From the NCBI GenBank assembly GCA_002633005.1, contig NMRA01000582.1, positions 100,610 through 164,609 on the forward strand: a stretch of 64,000 nucleotides of DNA. Reading direction: 5' to 3'. This DNA is from Phoronis australis. Lineage: Eukaryota > Animalia > Phoronida. Made by a program: the position numbers and the translations under genes. Of this stretch, positions 62,271 to 64,000 are shown piece by piece. Numbering within the stretch: position 1 is the first letter of the stretch; every line of letters starts with the position of its first letter. The notes beneath the pieces are model-generated. The model had not been told where the DNA came from. It saw only the letters and a list, made by a program, of their open reading frames with translations, and made no database searches.

Positions 62271-63403
62271 TAACAAGCATTTTGTGTGTTTAGAACTCAA
62301 AAAATCACAAGTCTAAAAAAACAGAGATCTAGGTTCTCCTGTCTGTATTTCACGGAAGAATACTTCGAATTTATCTCCGAACAGACCCCAAACTCCTGCT
62401 ACGGACCTTAGTAAATTGGCTTGCCGAACTTAGTAAGCAACGGTGTGTCCAAATACCAGTAAATCCGTAACAGCAAAATAAAACAACACGTTTTTATAAG
62501 TATTCGGTGTATTTTTAAGGGTTTTACATAGAAATTTGATGATTTGTTGGTGTTAAACGATGAATTCAAGCGATAAGCTGACACCAGTAACCCGTGTTAA
62601 GAACTGCTGAACAGACTGTGCATGAAAGCGATGACGTCATTGGATTATTGCAACACCTCAGTCTGCCGTCAGGTGTCAGGTAACGCAACGGAACGTGCCG
62701 TTATCGAGTAGAGCTACTCGATCCAAATTGATACAAAATAGGTTGTTTTTTGGGTCGCATTCTCCTTTAAGGCTTGTATAGGTTATGTGTACCGAAAACA
62801 AGTTTTCACCGAATAATTAACCGAAGACTTGAGATTTTCACTTGTCCCAGTTTAATCGGCTTTTTCTCGGCTTCGGCAAATCGACTTTATTTGAACTTAG
62901 GAACACGAGCTCTGGAAAACGGCTCTGTGGATTTCTCTGAAACTTTCCAACTTAAATATTTAGTCGTTAGTCTCAAAAACACTGTTAGGATTTTCGATAG
63001 AAGAGCCTATTCTTTGCTTAATATAATAAAAACGAATACGACTTCCGTTATTTACAAAGATACCTTACGTTTTGCGAGTTGATTTGTTATAGAAACCGAA
63101 ACGAAAAGATTAATCGAAAATTCTTAACAGCGTAACTGGAGAACCTTTCATTTAAGAAAAGTTTCATTAAAGTCGACCGAGGGGTTATTTTGCTATGAAT
63201 GTACCTTTCAGAAAAATGAAATTTTGACTTAAAAAAGATTTTGACGTAAAAATAATTATGGTACATTTATTCAAAAAGTATCTTCATATTTTCTAATCTT
63301 TTTTTTTTTCTTTCAGAAAATACATACTTTTACTAGTTGACAAAGCTTAGATTTTTGATATACGAGTTAAAATAAAGGACACTAAATAAGGTTGGAGATA
63401 ACC

Positions 63404-64000
63404 TTAATGATCTTGCTATTGAAATGAAAACTGAACAGGGAAGTGATATTCAACGTGACCCCGCCATTGAAAATGTGCTTTTACTACTATATGCTGACGA
63501 TGTTATTCTAGTTGGCTACTCTATTGTTGAGCTACAGAGACGATTGGATGGGCAAGAAAACTATGTTTAAAGTGGAATGAGTCTGTAAACATCCATAAGT
63601 CAAACATAGTTTACTCAAGAAAGGTGGACATTTGAAAAGAACAGAAAAAACGTTACATGAGTGTTGAGTTGAAGACTTACAGTTATACAAATATTGAGGG
63701 ATTGTATTTTCTAATTGATGAAATTGGACAACGTACTGAAGAACACTCGCACAAAAGGCAAGCAAAGAAAAGAAATGAATTTGGCAAAACATTTCCTGTG
63801 TTGGATGGGACCAAGGAAAAATCCATTGTTAGATTTTAAGTTGCCTGACACAATGATGGCACCTACTTTATAAGGGATACTAGCCATAGAAAAAAAGAAA
63901 ATGTTCAAACAACATTCTGCAAATGGTTACTGACTAACAACACCATGACAAAGGGAGAGTGTGTCCATCATGAGTTACGTGTGTCACGTGTATTGGTCGA
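63404..64000 (+). mobile_element. Degenerate LINE, RT C-half (continuation of 59230-60346)
   Basis: NDLAIEMK...LLLLYADDVILV...ELQR, later YSYTNI.G-like and PTY.G segments. Confidence 0.8.

Larger units (their letters stand above)
60347..63403. mobile_element. Kolobok-like DNA transposon (TTAA TSD), internally deleted, carrying a THAP remnant
   Basis: TTAA|GGTTATCTCAAACCTTATT ... AATAAGGTTGGAGATAACC|TTAA; THAP pseudo-ORF ~61307-61545. Confidence 0.85.

Overview
Eukaryotic (metazoan, AT-rich, probably marine invertebrate) genomic DNA with spliceosomal introns and two N gaps (26010-26580, 47377-47486). Three spliced genes were reconstructed by hand from GT/AG sites and frame continuity. (1) Minus strand, 9211 to beyond the left edge: telomeric shelterin protein Rap1/TERF2IP (BRCT + Myb). 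(2) Plus strand, 18791-46476: a giant (>=~2,950 aa) type-I membrane protein with signal peptide, ten VWA domains that all have a degenerate MIDAS, a Thr/Pro mucin linker, an FCGBP-type IgGFc-binding domain, one TM helix and a ~390-aa disordered tail. Its middle is a recently expanded ~1.14-kb two-exon tandem array. (3) Plus strand, 48881-55288: a two-exon type-I membrane protein with a single TSP1 domain and a ~500-aa tail. Introns and intergenic DNA hold many decayed elements: mariner, Penelope, L1/Tx1, RTE and other LINEs, a tRNA-derived SINE, several MITEs (one Merlin-like with an 8-bp TSD), a P-like THAP element, and a Kolobok-like element inserted at TTAA inside a LINE RT. The ~950-bp duplication around the second gap is probably a haplotype assembly artefact. 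All calls come from reading the sequence; no searches were run.
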